A stretch of DNA of 64,000 nucleotides from Mobula hypostoma (taxonomy: Eukaryota), in NCBI RefSeq assembly GCF_963921235.1, contig NC_086097.1, positions 120,840,001-120,904,000 of the forward strand, in the 5' to 3' direction. Shown here in pieces: positions 49,569 to 62,637 of the stretch. The notes under the pieces were generated by a model. That model was given only the letters and a program-made list of their open reading frames with translations. It ran no database searches and was not told where the DNA came from. A program made the translations under genes and the position numbers. Each line of letters opens with the position of its first letter. The stretch's first letter is position 1.

Positions 49569-51020
49569 TGCTACCTAATTCTACAGGAATGAAACAGGAA
49601 AAATAAGTCTACTCACCGACTTACCTCGCCAAACAGACAAAATTTTTAAACCGTTAGCTGTGAGAGCCCTGTTGTTCCTGTCTGTTCGGGCCGATTCGCA
49701 AAAGGGGTGGGGGGGGGAGAAAAAAAGAGTTGGTGCCTCGCTCTCGATGTTATAGTCCATCTGGGTAACCTCCAAACTGATGGCATGAATATTGATTTCT
49801 CCTTCCAGCAAAAAAATCACTCCCCCCCCTTTTTCTATTCCTCAATCTGTCCTCTTATCGCTTCTCACCTGCCTGTCACCTCCTCATGGGACCCCTCCTC
49901 CTTCCCTCTCCCCTGTGGTCCACTCTCCTATAATATCAGATTATTTCTTCTCCAGTCTTTTATCTATCCAACCCACCTGGCTTTATCTATTACCTTCTAC
50001 CTATCCTCCTTCCCTTCCCTCCACTTTTTTTACTCTGGTGTCTACCCCCTTCTTCTCCAGTCCAGAAGGAGGGTCTCGGGCTGAAATGTCGACAGTTTAT
50101 TCATTTCTGTAGATGCCTACAGACCTGCTGAGTTCCTCCAGTATTCTGTGTGTGCTGCTTTGAATTTCCAGCATCTGCAGAATTTCTCATGTTCATTATT
50201 AGCCTGTGGTATTTGGGAGCTCCCACCCTCCTGCACTGGATTATAAAATGGCCCTACACTTAGTGTGCAATGTCTGAATGTTTTTGTCAACATTTTCTCC
50301 ATCTCAAATAGGAAGATGATGTGTAAGGCCCAATGCATTATGAGAGCAGAAGTATCTTTAGCCTTCTCCAGTTCCGCTCTTCCACAGCTGTAGTGTCCTT
50401 TGTTTGCATGAGACTCACTACTGAGCAATGTTAAATTCCTAATTAGTGGTTGCCCCCTCAGTAAATTGCAACAGGGAAAAATAATACTTTATATATTGGA
50501 ACCCACAGTTGGAATACACTATCCAGGTGTCCCAAGAATTTATACTGGACTGGGACTTTATTAAATATGATTGTATTATTGCACAGGGAATGCAATAATG
50601 CAATGCTATTTAATAAAATATTGCATAAAATGCCCATGTATATTTTCGACCTTTTATAGTCACTGACAAAACCTACTCTCTTACTTAGATTCTACAGTAT
50701 ATATTATCAAGGTAACCTTCTTTGATCCATGTTATGTTGCTTGTATACAATCTCATTTTCAATTTCCCTTTCTGACAACAGATGCTGGTTTCATGTCTTC
50801 AGAAGCTGATCTATTATAATTCCCTAATCTTTCCCTGTCAGCATTTTGTGTCAGTGTTTTTCTATTAATCTTATAATCTTTCCATTTGTTTCATTATTGT
50901 AACACACAGTGTGTCATTGTGCAGTGATTGATGAGTGCATGGGTATTGCCAAGTGAATTGCTAATGGGCATGGAGGAGAAGAAGAAAAAGAGAAGGTGAA
51001 GAAGAAAGAGAAGAAGAGGA

Positions 51021-51632
51021 TTAGTTTAGATTATGAGAACACCCAGTCCTCTTTTCATTGTCATTTAGAAATGCATACATGCATTAAGAAATGATACAAT
51101 GTTTCTCCAGAGTGATATCACAGAAAACAGGACAAACCAAATACTAACACTGACAGAACCACATAATTATAACATATAGTTATAATGCAAAGCAATACCA
51201 TAATTTGATGAAGAACAGACCATGGGCACAGTAAAAAAAAGTCTCGAAGTCCCAAGTCGATCGACTCCCGAGTCTCCAATAGCAGGTGGCAAAGGGGAGA
51301 AACTCCCTGCCATAAACCTCCAGGCACTGTCAACTTACCGATGCCTTGGAAGCAGCCGACCACAGCCGACACTGAGTCCATCCGTCCGAAAACTCACTCC
51401 GGCTGCTGAAACACACAAAGCCGAGGATTTCGGTGCCTTCTGCTCCGGAGATTCCGGTTACCACACAGTAGCAGCGGCAGCGAAGTGGGCATTTCAGAAG
51501 TTTTCCAGATATTCCTCCATGCTCTCACGTCTGTCTCCATCAAATCAGAATTGTGCACGGTCCCCTACTTGACAGATAACAGACATCACCACCAAAGTGG
51601 CTGCGTGTGCACTGTCGTCACACCACCATCCG
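51021..51632 (-). mobile_element. Non-autonomous retroposon of the 35910-36598 family, inserted in a GAA-rich tract
   Basis: Homologous at both ends to 35910-36598. Possible TSD aagaagagg at 51011-51019 and 51635-51643 (low complexity). Confidence 0.8.
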
Positions 51633-51634
51633 TC

Positions 51635-51932
51635 AAGAAGAGGTAAAGGAAGAAGAGGAGAAGAAGAAAAAGCAAAAGAAGAAGAAAAGGTGATGAAGAA
51701 AGAGAAGAAGGAGAAGAATAAAAGGAAGAAGAGGAGAAGAAGAGAAAGCAAAAGAAGAGAAGGTGACGAAGACAGAGAAGAAGAAGAAAGAAGGAGAAGA
51801 AGAAAAGGAAGAGGAGGAGAAGAAGAAATAAAAGAAGAGAAGGAGAAAAAGAAGGAAAAGAAGAAGAAAAAGATGGAGAAGGAGATGAAGGAGGAGGAGA
51901 AGAAGATATAGATAGAGAACAAGAACAAGAAA
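51635..51932 (+). repeat. Degenerate (GAA/GAG)n polypurine tract, continuing from 50972-51020
   Basis: About 300 bp of almost exclusively A and G on the + strand. Confidence 0.95.
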
Positions 51933-52094
51933 ATAATGCTATGCCTTGATCTTAGGATGCATGATCCAACTTCATCATTCCCCTTCCCTTCCCAGACCCT
52001 GGGATTAGTGTTCTCATGCTGCTTAGCTCAATGAGGCTGAAAGATTTAAATTCAATGAAGAAACCCACTTAAACAATGCCTATAAACATCAGAG

Positions 52095-52308
52095 ATTCTG
52101 AAGACTGAAATCTTGAAGAAAACACACTGAATGCTGGAGGAATTCAGTGGGTCAGGTAGCATCCATGGAGAAGAAAAAACAATTGATTTTACAGGTCGAA
52201 ATGATACATCAGTACTGCTGATGGGTCTCGGCCTGAAATGCCAACTCTTTATTCCTCTCCATAGATGCTGCCTGACCTGCTGAACTCTTCCAACATTTTG
52301 TGTGTGTT
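52095..52308. mobile_element. Older fold-back PLE mini-element
   Basis: acacactgaatgctggaggaattcagtgggtcaggtagcatccatggag ... ctccatagatgctgcctgacctgctgaactcttccaacattttgtgtgt around ctgatgggtctcggcctgaaa. Confidence 0.75.
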
Positions 52309-52314
52309 AAACAG

Positions 52315-53085
52315 ATTTAGAATTAGGCTTAATATCATATGTCATAAAATGTGATGTTTGGCAGCAGCAATAAAGAGCAACACAGAGAAAAAAAAGACAA
52401 TACAATAAGAAATACTATATATATATATGTATTAAATAAATTAAATAACTAGTACAAAAAGTGAGCAAAATTGATAGAGTTAGTGTTTATTGGTTCATTT
52501 TCCATTCAGAAATCTAATGGCGGAGGGGAAGAAGTTGTTCCTAAAATATTGAGTGTGTGTCTTCAGGTTCGTGTACCTCCTCCCTGGTGGCAGCAAAGAG
52601 AAGACGGCATGTCCTGGGCGATAGGGGTCCTTAATGATGGATGCCGGTTCTTTGTGGCATCACCCTTTTCAGTTGCCCATGATGGAGCTGGATGTGTTTG
52701 CAACCTTCTGCAGCATTTTCCAATCCTATGCATTGGCACTTCTCAACCACGTGGTGATGCAACAGAAAGAATGCTATCTATGGTACATCTGTAGAAATTT
52801 GCTAGCCTTGGGTGACATATCAAATCTCTTCAAACTCTTAATGAAATCTAGCTGCTGTCGAGCCTTCTTTGTCATTGCATCAGTATGCTGGACCTAGGAC
52901 AGATCTTCAGCAATGCTGACACTCAGGAACTTGCAACTGCTCACCCTTTCCGCTGCTGATCCCTTCCATGAACAACTTATGTACCCTTCCTGAAATCCAC
53001 AATTAATTCCTTGGAGTTACTGAGGTTCAGCAAAAGGTTGCTGCTGCAATACCACTAAGCCGGATGATCGATCTCCCTCCCCACT
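52315..53085 (-). mobile_element. Rex1-type LINE 3' fragment
   Basis: Minus strand agggtgagcagttgcaagttcctgagtgtcagcattgctgaagatctg (RVSS.KFL.V.I.EDL), homologous to 5370-6030. Confidence 0.75.
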
Positions 53086-53602
53086 GCATTGCCATTCACT
53101 CTTGTTGCATGAACTATTCAAACGTTCAAAACACCATGTGGCTGCCCATGTAAAATTCTAACTTTGTGTGAGTCAATTAATAAATAAACACACAAGAAGT
53201 TTGAGTGAGCTTTTTGGACAGAGCTTCCCAATTTGTAGTTGGCTATTTCAGCAGCTGGCCCTAAATAACGTGAATGACTGGGCAACTATTTGAAAATGAG
53301 AAAGCGGAAAGCTTGGAAAAATCCCAGCAGGACAGGAAACATCTGTGGATAGAGAACTATGAGGAAGAGTCAGGTCTGGGAAGCTGTGCCCAAAAAGCTT
53401 CTCTCAGCATTAATGCTGCCTGACCTGCTGCGTAGTTCCAGGAGTTCCAGTTATATTCAAAGATTCAAAGAAATTCGAAGTACATTTATGAATTATACAC
53501 CTTGAGATTTTTTTGACTACATGCTGCCACAAAACAAGAAGTCCGAAGAACTCAGTTTAAAAAAAAAGGAAAACCATAACCACTGCACTGAGAAAGAGGG
53601 GG

Positions 53603-53604
<2 letters not shown>

Positions 53605-53633
<29 letters not shown>
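53605..53633. repeat. (CA)n microsatellite
   Basis: Seen directly in the sequence. Confidence 0.9.
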
Positions 53634-54544
53634 TCATGCAAACACAGGAGCAAAGCGACAGCATTCTAAACCAGAATGAGTCCTTAGATCCACTCCGCAG
53701 AGCAGCCGGAGCAGGCCCAAGGTTTGATCTCAATTCATCATATTAGCGGCGCAAAAACATCACTAAATCCACAGAGACGAGCTGTTTACAGCCTCAGCAC
53801 TGCAGAGAGAGGAATGAACATTGCAGGAGAGTGAGCGAAATCAGCCTGACTCTCTCCTGCAGTCCCAACACTCAGGCATTCCAGTCTTTCCAGACTGATT
53901 GACTGAATGTTTCAGATTGCCAAAATCTACAGTGTTCTAGTTTTGGTTTAATCCAGAGGCAAAATGTTTGCTGGTTATATTCCTGTTCAATAGAGTTCAT
54001 TGTAAGCTCCATGAAGTGCAGTTCACTGTTGTTGGCAATCTTCTTCTCAATTGAAAGCACTTGTTCCAGTTTCCTCACACAGTCCAAAGACGTACCGGTT
54101 AGTAGGTTAGCTGGTCATTGTAAATTGTCCCATGATTAGGCTAGGGTTAAATCGGGGGTTGCTGGCAGTGCAGCTCACAAGGCTGGAAGGGCTTGTTCCA
54201 CACTGTACCCCAATAAATAAATAAATAAATAAAGTTACACACTGAAGGCTAGCTTGAGAAATTATAGATTTCAAGGGTCAGATTCAGCGCATTTTGGAAA
54301 TTGACTTTAAGACAAGAAGCAGAATGGGTCAATAAATAGTTGGGGTAGTGGTCCCAGCACTTTTCTAAAACCCTGCTTTACAGGGCATCAAAGTAGCGTA
54401 GCAGTTAGCGTGACAATTTTACAGCTTGGGGCGTCTGGAGTTTGGAGTTCAATTCCTGCATCCTCTGTAAGGAGTCTGTCTGTCCTCCCTGTGGAATGCA
54501 TGAGTTTTCCCCGGGTACTCCAGCTTCCTCCTGCAGTAAAGCAT

Positions 54545-55345
54545 CTGTGCTTTCAGATGGAGAACAGTGTGGTACTAGTCTGGAAGAAGACATAGCTAGG
54601 TTGGCTGAATAAGTACAGAAATGGAAGACTAAATTTATAAAACTGAAAAATAATACACTTTGTCACAAGGAATGAAAGATTTTGAAGATATCGGCATAGA
54701 TGTAAAGAGTGTGCATATATCCAGAAATCACCATGATGAATAATAGGTTAATTAAGCTTAAGAAAATTAATTTATTAAAGCATAGATTGTAGAAGAAGGT
54801 AAGTTATGATGAACATAGCTATGATAAAACAATGGTCGAGCCACAACAGGGATATTGCTTCCAGTTCTGGTCACCCAGCTTTAGGATAGATAGGAAGACC
54901 CTAGAGAGGATCAACAAAAATAATTACTAGAATACTTCCAGGGATAGGAGTTTTCAGCTACAAGGTGAGAATGACTTGCTCTCTTTGAAGCAAACCACAC
55001 TGAGAGAATATTTGCTAAAGGTGAACAAGTCCATGACTGTTTCAGAAAGGATGAAAAGAGAGAAAAATGTTTGCATTTGTAGGTGACATGAGGTCAAAGG
55101 AAGTTTAAAAGTTGGGACAAAACTTACAGAAGGTGAATACTAGGGAAAACTTCTTTTGCAAAGAGTCACTTGGAAAGAAAGTCAGTAAGGACTTTCAAAA
55201 AAGACTTGGACAGATATTTGAAGGAATTTGAGGGTTTTGAAACACCCATATGGGAACAGAATTGATGGGATTGATCTACTAGAAGCCAATATAGACTCAA
55301 TGGATCCAATGCCTTCTTTCTGTGCCTTGGTATTTTTGTAATTCT
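54545..55345 (+). mobile_element. Highly degraded CR1 RT 3' remnant
   Basis: ggtcgagccacaacagggatattgcttccagttctggtcaccc resembles VRP.LEYC.QFWSP. Confidence 0.55.
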
Positions 55346-55404
55346 CTTCTATGTTGCATACTTGGAGAACATTACAATTTGAGGCAACAGGCACCAATGC
55401 ATTT

Positions 55405-57390
55405 CAGAATCAAAATCAGGTTTAATATCACTGGCATATGTTGCAAAATTTGTTGTTTTGTTGGCAGCAGTACATTGCTATATATAATAATAAAAACTAT
55501 ACAGTAAACTACAATAAGAAGTATATTTATATATAAAAAAATAAATATTTAGTGCAAAAAGAGAACAAAATAATGAAGTACTGTTCATTGGTGCCTTACT
55601 CATTCAGAAATCTGATAGCGGAGGAGAAGAAATGCTGAGTGTGTGTCTTCAGCCTCATGTACCTCCTCATTGATGGTAGCAATGAGAAGAGGGCATGTCC
55701 TTCGTGATTGGCATCCTTAATGATGTATGCTGCCTTTTTGAAGCATCACATTTGAGACTAGTTCCCATGACTGAGCTGGCAGAATTCACAATTTTCTGCA
55801 GTATTTTTCTGATCCTGTGCAGTGGCCATTCCACACCAGACAGAGATGCAACCTGTTTGGTCCAGAATAGATCTTCAGAGGTCTTCAGGAACAGCTTCTT
55901 CAATTTCTTCCCTCCGCCATCAGATTTCTGAATGGACAATGATATTCATGTGCACTATCTCACTATTTTCTTGCTTTTGCTCTCTGCCGCAGAACAACAA
56001 ATTTCACGATATCTGCCAGTAATGTTAAACCTGATTCTGATTCTGATTCTAATGTTGCTAAACTGTAGTGATTTGGGTTGCGCCAATTGGTTCAAGAACC
56101 GAATGGTTGAAAGGAAGCAGCTGTTCTTGAACCTGGTAGTGTACTTCAGGCTTCTGCACCTCCTGCCCAGTTAATAGCTGCAAAAAAAAGTGGCATGGCC
56201 CAGATGTTGGGGATCTTTAATGAATGGTGTTGGCATTGCCTATTTGTGCCAGCCCCGTCTGTAGATACTATTGATGGTGCAAAGCCTGTTTAAATATCAC
56301 CTTTCCCCTTTAGGAGATGCATCCGTAAACTACTCCATTCCAATACCTCACTGAGGGCCTGTGACACTGTAGCTTATAGCCAACCTAATATTCCAAGTGT
56401 GCTCCCTCCTCATTGATTTATTGAATGAGATTGCCACTCTGTGGTGCCCGTTGGTAAATTACAGCCTTTTGTTAAACTGTGGTTACAAATACAATAGGAA
56501 TCAGATAAAAATGTCTCAAAAGCATTTCTTATTCATTAGTGACGTCATTTCCATTTTATTCTACTAATCTGTACATTTTAGGAATGTGGGAGGAAACCAG
56601 AACACCCAGAGGAAAACAATGCAGTCATGGGAGAACGTATAAACTTGCAGACAGAGGCAAGAAATGAACCAAGGTTGCTGGCACTATAAAGCGGTGCACT
56701 AACTGTTACAATGCCATGCTGCATTATGTTTCATTAAGGGAGGAGCTGAAGTCTGTACCCTGCTGTGCTCGTATGCAGAAGCTGTAATCAGCATTGATAT
56801 TAATGACAATTTGATGTCATTGATCTGAACAGCCCACAAGCAGTTAGGTTATTCCATAGACATCAAGAATCTCCTACCACATAAAAATCTATTGGTATTC
56901 TTTTCCAGTAATATCAGAAATCTTTCCTAAATTAATAATTTACAATAGCCTTCCCTACCAGCAAACCCGGCAGCAGAAGAATCAGAATCAGGTTTATTAC
57001 CAACAGCATGCAGCAAAGCAGCAGACATTCGTTACTTTGCAGCAGCGGTATAGGGCAATACATAAAATAGACTGTAAGCTATAATAAGATACATACTTAA
57101 AAAGATAAATAAATAGTGCAAAAAGAGAACAAAAATAGTGAGGTGGTGTTCATGGGTTCATTGTCTACTCAGAAATCTGATGATAAAGGGAAAGAAGCTG
57201 TTTCTAAAATATTGAGTCTTCACACTCCTGCTAACCTTCTCCCTGATGACAGTAATGAAAAGAGAGCATGTCCTGGGTGTTAATGATAGAAGCCACCTTT
57301 TTGTGGCATTGCCTTTTGAAGATACCTTTGAGGGTGGGGAAACTAGTGCCCTTGAAAGAGCTGACTGAGTTTACAGACTTCTGCAGCAAA
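55405..57390. mobile_element. Cluster of Rex1-type 3' fragments (55405-55860 -, 55880-56050 +, 56980-57390 -) and a SINE
   Basis: (AGAATC)n and (GATTCT)n tails plus the shared 3' UTR ttcagaaatctgat. Confidence 0.65.
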
Positions 57391-57459
57391 GTGGTCACTG
57401 CTATGGGAAGTAGTAGTGGCCACTTTGTAAGGTGAGGTGTGGGTAAGAGAATGAGATTT

Positions 57460-58290
57460 TTAATAGGTTCAGTAGGTACATTTAATGTCAGAGAAATGTA
57501 TACAATATACATTCTGAAATTCTTTTTCTTTGCAAACATCCACAAAAACAGAGGAGTGCCCCAAAGAATGAATGACAGTTAAATGTTAGAACCCTAAAGC
57601 CCCCCAGCTCCCCCCTCCCACACACAGGCAGCAGCAAGCAATGACCCACCTCTCCTACCTTCACCAACAAAAAAGTATTAGCACCCTCCACCATGCACTC
57701 AAGTGTGCATCAATACAGACACAGACTTGCAGTACACCAATGACTACTCGTTCACCTGGTATTCAACATACCACAGGCTCTCTTTTCCTAATAAGGGAAA
57801 AAGAGGTGTCCCTGTTTCACAGCGAGAGGGGAGACATAACAAACAACTCGCTGATTTACGATGTTAAAAGTCTGTGGCGTCGCTTTTTCTGAGCTCTGCG
57901 CCCAAACAGTCGACCCCGGAAAGGTTCAGATCTCTGGACACACAACCCACTGTAGCTAACCGACTGCTCCCGATGTTCCGTGTTCTCCCACGATGCGTCG
58001 GTCAGGGACACCGGTCTAGAATCAGCTCGTCTCCAGATCCACAAAAATCCGGCACCCTGAAGGTGCGCTAGCATTCCAGCCGCATCCCTGGGACATCAAA
58101 AAGCGGCTGGTCATGAGGCCCTGAGAGCAGGTCCCATTCCAGCAAAAAACCAAAGTCAGAGTCAGGGTCTTCAAAAGAACCTTGAAAAGGAAAAAAATGG
58201 GATATCAAAGATAGAAACAGAGCCATTTCTGAAGACGCAAGCAAAGGAGTCGCCGTTTAGCACCATCTTGACTTTGCTCCGCCCCTTCTT
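57460..58290 (-). mobile_element. Second non-coding retroposon family (gtcaagatgg 5' end, cctattgaa-type tail)
   Basis: Minus strand begins ggggcggagcaaagtcaagatggtgc. Its 3' end is repeated as a ~95-bp fragment at 59469-59562. Confidence 0.6.
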
Positions 58291-59247
58291 CACTTCCCAG
58301 ACTATCACTTGTATTTAGAAGGAAGGCAAGCTCTAGCAGGAGGAACTACTTTGGAGTGGCTTTCTCAAGGTCAAAGTTCTCATCTTTGGAATGTAGGAGG
58401 AAACCAGAGCACCCAGAGGAAACCCACACAGTATGGGGAGAAGCTACAAACCCCTTATGGACAGTGGCAGAATTGGATCAAGGAGGCTGTAAAAGCATTG
58501 CACGAACCACTACACTTCCGTGCCACCCCAAACAAGTCGTGGATTTTTATATTTCTCTACAAGATAAAAAGTAGCTTTATTTGTCACAGGTACACCAAAA
58601 CATTGAAATGTACAGTAAAATGCACTATCTGAGTCAAATCAAATTAGCGAGGATTGTGCTGGTGGCAGCCCATAAGTCTTGCCTTGCCTCTGGCCGACAA
58701 CATAGCAAACCTACAATTCACTAACCCTTTGGAATATGGGAGGAAGCCAAACAACCTGGTGGTTACAGGAAGAATGGACAAACTCCTTACTGACACTGGT
58801 GGGAATCGAACCTTGGTCAGAAATTGCTGGCGCTGTCGTCACTACACTAACGTACTGGCCACTTACATCTGTCTCACTGTCTTAATCAAAGGGAGTAGTC
58901 ACAAAGATTGTAAGAATGAGGGCAGCCGTGTGCTGCTCCTGCAGGATACAGGAGAGCAGAGACTTTTCCATTGTCTCTATCGACTAAATCTGCAGGAAGT
59001 GAGTCCAGCTGCAGCTGACAAACCACTTAGAGCAGTTCAAGCTGCAGATGGACTCACTGTGGAACATCTGGGCTGTGAAGAATGTAGTTCAAAGTACATT
59101 CTGTACCCTGGCCACTTCAGAGATATGGGAAGAGAGGACGACCATCAGCAAGGGCAGTCTGGGCAAGCAGGTAGTACAGCAGGTAGTCACTCATTTCTAA
59201 TAAGTAGAAATAAGAGCTAGCTAGTAATGAAGCAAAATCATAAGAGA

Positions 59248-59411
59248 ATCCAAAGAAGCTGGAAATCCAAGCAACACACACAAAATGCTGGAGGAACTCA
59301 GCAGGTCAGGCAACATCTATGGAGAGAAATAAAGAGTTAATATTTCAGGCCAAGACCCTTCATCAAGATAGCTGCCTGCCTGACCTGCTGAGTTCCTCCA
59401 GCATTTTGTGC
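59248..59411. mobile_element. Fold-back PLE mini-element with a hammerhead-like centre
   Basis: cacaaaatgctggaggaactcagcaggtcaggca ... tgcctgacctgctgagttcctccagcattttgtg. The centre on - reads ttgatgaagggtcttggcctgaaa. Confidence 0.8.
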
Positions 59412-59414
59412 CTT

Positions 59415-60770
59415 TGTTACTGTAGTGGATACTGTTTGGGAGACAGCCTCACAGAGCTGAACAGCAGCAATAGGTTTCAATAGGTACATCTAAGGTCAGA
59501 GAAATGTATACCATACACATCCTGAAGTTCTTTTTCTTTGCAAACATCCACAAAACCAGAGGCAATAGCCTAGTCTGCAGCAGCAGCCTCGCTCACAGCA
59601 CCACCATTTGCGATTAGGCAAAGAAAGGATTGGGAGAGTGATAGTTGTAGGGGTTCCTTTTGCAAGGAGAGCAGATGGGTTTTTCTGCAGCCAAGAGCGA
59701 GATTTCCGGATAGTGTGTCAGCCCCCTGGTGCCAGAGTCAAGAAAGTCTCAGAGGAACAGCAAGACATTCTGAAAGGGGAGGGTGAAAAGCCAGAGGTCA
59801 TGACACATGCATGCATAGGTAGATGTAAGGAGGATGTCCTGCAACATGAGTTTACGGAGCTAGCTAGAAATTTAAAGAGCCACAAAGTTGCAATCCTTCA
59901 TTGCTTCTAGTGCCATGAGCTAGTGAGTATAGGAATAGAAGGAGAGAGCACATCCATGCGCGTCTGAAGGAAGGTGCAGAAGATTGGGCTTCATGCTCCT
60001 GGATTATTGGGGCCGCTTCTGTGGAAACTGGGAGCTGTACAAGTGGCACGGGTTGCACCTTAACCAGTGTGGAGCTGACTCCCTTGCTGAAAGGTTTGCT
60101 TGTATTTTTAGGGAAGCTTTAGACCATAAGATATAGGAGCAGAAGTAGACTATTCAGCCCATCGAGTCTGCTCCAGTAATTCCCACTCCCATGCCTTCTC
60201 CCCATACCCTTTGCTGTCCTGAAAGCTTTCAACTGAGATTGCAGGGGAAGGGGCTTTGAATGGTTGTTTAGTTGGAGAAGTACAATCACCTAAAGGAGAG
60301 ACGGGAAGTCCATAGATAGAACAAGCGACTAAGTGCGTATCAAACAAATTCAATGCTAAATTTAATGCAAGGGATATGACGAGTAAAGTAGGTGCTCTTT
60401 TGCACATTGATTGATTGATTGTTTATGTATAGCTTTTCATAAGCTCAATGGTAGTTCTTTATTTTCCTGTAAATGTCTGCAAGAGAACAAATCTCAAGGT
60501 GGTATATGGTGATTCATCTGCAATTTGATAATAAATTTTTGTAGAAATCTGAACTTTGAATATGAACTCAGTTTTAATTAACAAGAGTGTCAACATTTTT
60601 GTTACCATCACTGAGACAGAGAGTGTAGAATTTTCAGGCAAGGAAGAGAGGGTTGTAAAAGGTATGGCATTGATAGTGAAATATTACTTCACTTCAGTAA
60701 TGAGGGTGGATATCCTAGAAGGAAACTCAAGCAAGGCCTTATAGGTAAACAAAAAAGATGGCGTCACACT
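59415..60770 (+). mobile_element. Old fragmented CR1 (ORF1 esterase and APE remnants) with small nested insertions
   Basis: ORF 59608..59910 VIVVG..RRAD..CQPPGARVKKVSE..DILKGEGEKPEV. Confidence 0.7.
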
Positions 60771-60819
60771 GCTGTGGGTGCTTTGCAAACTTCCCAATGA
60801 CAACAGGACATAGAGAAAC

Positions 60820-61012
60820 CATTCAAACCACACTGTCTGCCACCAACAATCATTCCACGGTCAAAGTCACTTAGATTACATCTCTTCCCCATTCTGATGT
60901 TTGGTCTGAACAACAATTGAACCCCTTGACTGTGTCTGCATGATTTTATGCATTGAGTTTCTGCCACATGATGTGCAGCTGTATAGATATACTTAATAAA
61001 GTGGACAGTGAT
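60820..61012 (-). mobile_element. Tc1/mariner 5' fragment (TIR remnant plus transposase N-terminus)
   Basis: Minus translation MGKRCNLSDFDRGMIVG is the typical start of a fish Tc1 transposase. TIR-like cactgtccactttattaag at the end. Confidence 0.7.
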
Positions 61013-61132
61013 TGTAGATATATTATTAAGACATGGATGTGCTGGGTAGATCTTCTGTGCTTTGAGACAATTCAAGCTTGGGATCTTGGTAAATAATGAA
61101 CAGTGTGGTACTAGTCTAGAAGAGAAATATAT

Positions 61133-61236
61133 AGCAACATACATCAAAGTTGCTGGTGAACGCAGCAGGCCAGGCAGCATCTATAGGAAGAGGCGCAGTC
61201 GACGTTTCAGGCCGAGACCCTTCGTCAGGACTAACT
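61133..61236 (-). ncRNA. ~100-bp PLE pLTR end containing an intact minimal hammerhead (61196-61232)
   Basis: Minus strand AGUC CUGACGA AGGGUCUCGGCCU GAAAC GUC GACUG. Confidence 0.78.
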
Positions 61237-62637
61237 GGTCAGCACAACATTGTGGGCCAAAGGGCCTGTAATGTGCTGTAGTTGTCTGTGTGATGTAAAT
61301 TGGCAGAATAAGCAGAGAAACGGACTAAATTTAGAAAACTGAGAATGAATACATTTTGCAGAAGGAATTAAAGATTATAAAGATAAATGACACAGATCTA
61401 AAGGGTATGCAAATACAAAAATAAAAAAACAAAATAATAATAATAATAATAAATACATAATAAATAATATTAAGAACATGAATTATTGAGTCCTTGAAAA
61501 TGAGTCCGTAGGAATCAGCTCATTGTTGATGTGAGTAAAGTTTTCCTGCTCTCATTCAGGAGCATAATGGTTAATGGATAATAACTGTTCCTGAACCTGG
61601 TGGCATCTGGAGGCTACTGAACAAGTGCTAGGAGGTGGGATTAGCACAGAAGGGTTCTCATTGGTCGGCATGGACGTTGAGCCAAATGGCCTTTCACCAT
61701 GCTGCACAATTCTATGACACCGTGACTCTAATATGTTTACTGCATTAGGCATTTCCAACACGGCTGTCACCTGTGTCTCTGTTAATGCGAATGATCTGTT
61801 AAAAGAATATTTACTCAGACACCAATTAATTCTTCATTGAAGAAGAACAATTGGCTAAAGGGAGTTTCCCCCCATACGATTAAAGAAACTTCAACTCAAT
61901 AAGAAATAGTTACATAAATACAGAGCAACACACATAAAAGTTCAATGGAGCATTAAGGGATATATTGGTTTTAACTTAAAGCCTTTGGCTGACTGCTGTC
62001 CATGGAGATGTAAACGTTGAAGGAGACAGGCAGAAACACTGTTTTAAATGAATAAAATGAGGTGAGAAAAAAAACGAGATATAGGAGCAGAACTAGTTAT
62101 ATCATTTTCTATAACTTTATAAAGTAATCTTGAAGTATATTTTATTTCTGTTTGTACTATTATTCCACTTCTGGAAGTGAATCATTAATGCAATAAAATA
62201 TTGTAAAGAATCAAAATGTAGAGTAATATTTGTTAATAGCTGAAAACAAGACAATGGTCATACTTTATATGGGATACAAGACTTCTGAAAGCCTGTTAAT
62301 ACGTAAATGATTGATGAGAAAGTCTGATGAGGAACCAAAGTATATATTTGAAAGGTCAAAACAATAATATATTCCAGCATTATGAAAACATAAGCATAAG
62401 CATATGCTAATTGACTGTTGTTTTCAGTTATTCTAACCATAATACTAATTGGTAGTCATTCTCAGTTCTTCTCAGGTTCTTTATCTAGGAAAAGATGTGC
62501 CGGTATAGGTGAGGGTTCAGAAGAGGTTCACAAGAATGATTCTGGGAATGAAAGGGGTAACGGATGAGAAACATTTGATGACTTTGATGGGTTTAGAGAA
62601 TGAGGTGGGGGGTATCTTATATACGTATCCATTCAAT

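Larger units (their letters stand above)
45547..49745 (-). mobile_element. Near full-length CR1 LINE (different subfamily from 22380-26591)
   Basis: ORF1 and ORF2 motifs on the minus strand and a (TCTTATGG)-like tail at 45547-45570. Confidence 0.95.
45420..50190 (+). mobile_element. Old PLE 3' fragment (45420-45548 plus 49750-50190) split by a CR1 insertion
   Basis: PVANHFNS..SVHGLLYQDEATLKVEEQH resumes as IVHLGNLQTDGMNIDFS after the CR1. Degenerate hammerhead at ~50058-50094. Confidence 0.8.

Noticed and set aside
51545..51928. Lys/Glu-rich and Phe/Ser-rich ORFs
   Set aside because: Translations of a GAA microsatellite, with no evidence of coding.
58654..59220. 188-aa ORF
   Set aside because: It spans a SINE and a degraded repeat, starts at a non-ATG codon and has no coherent domain.
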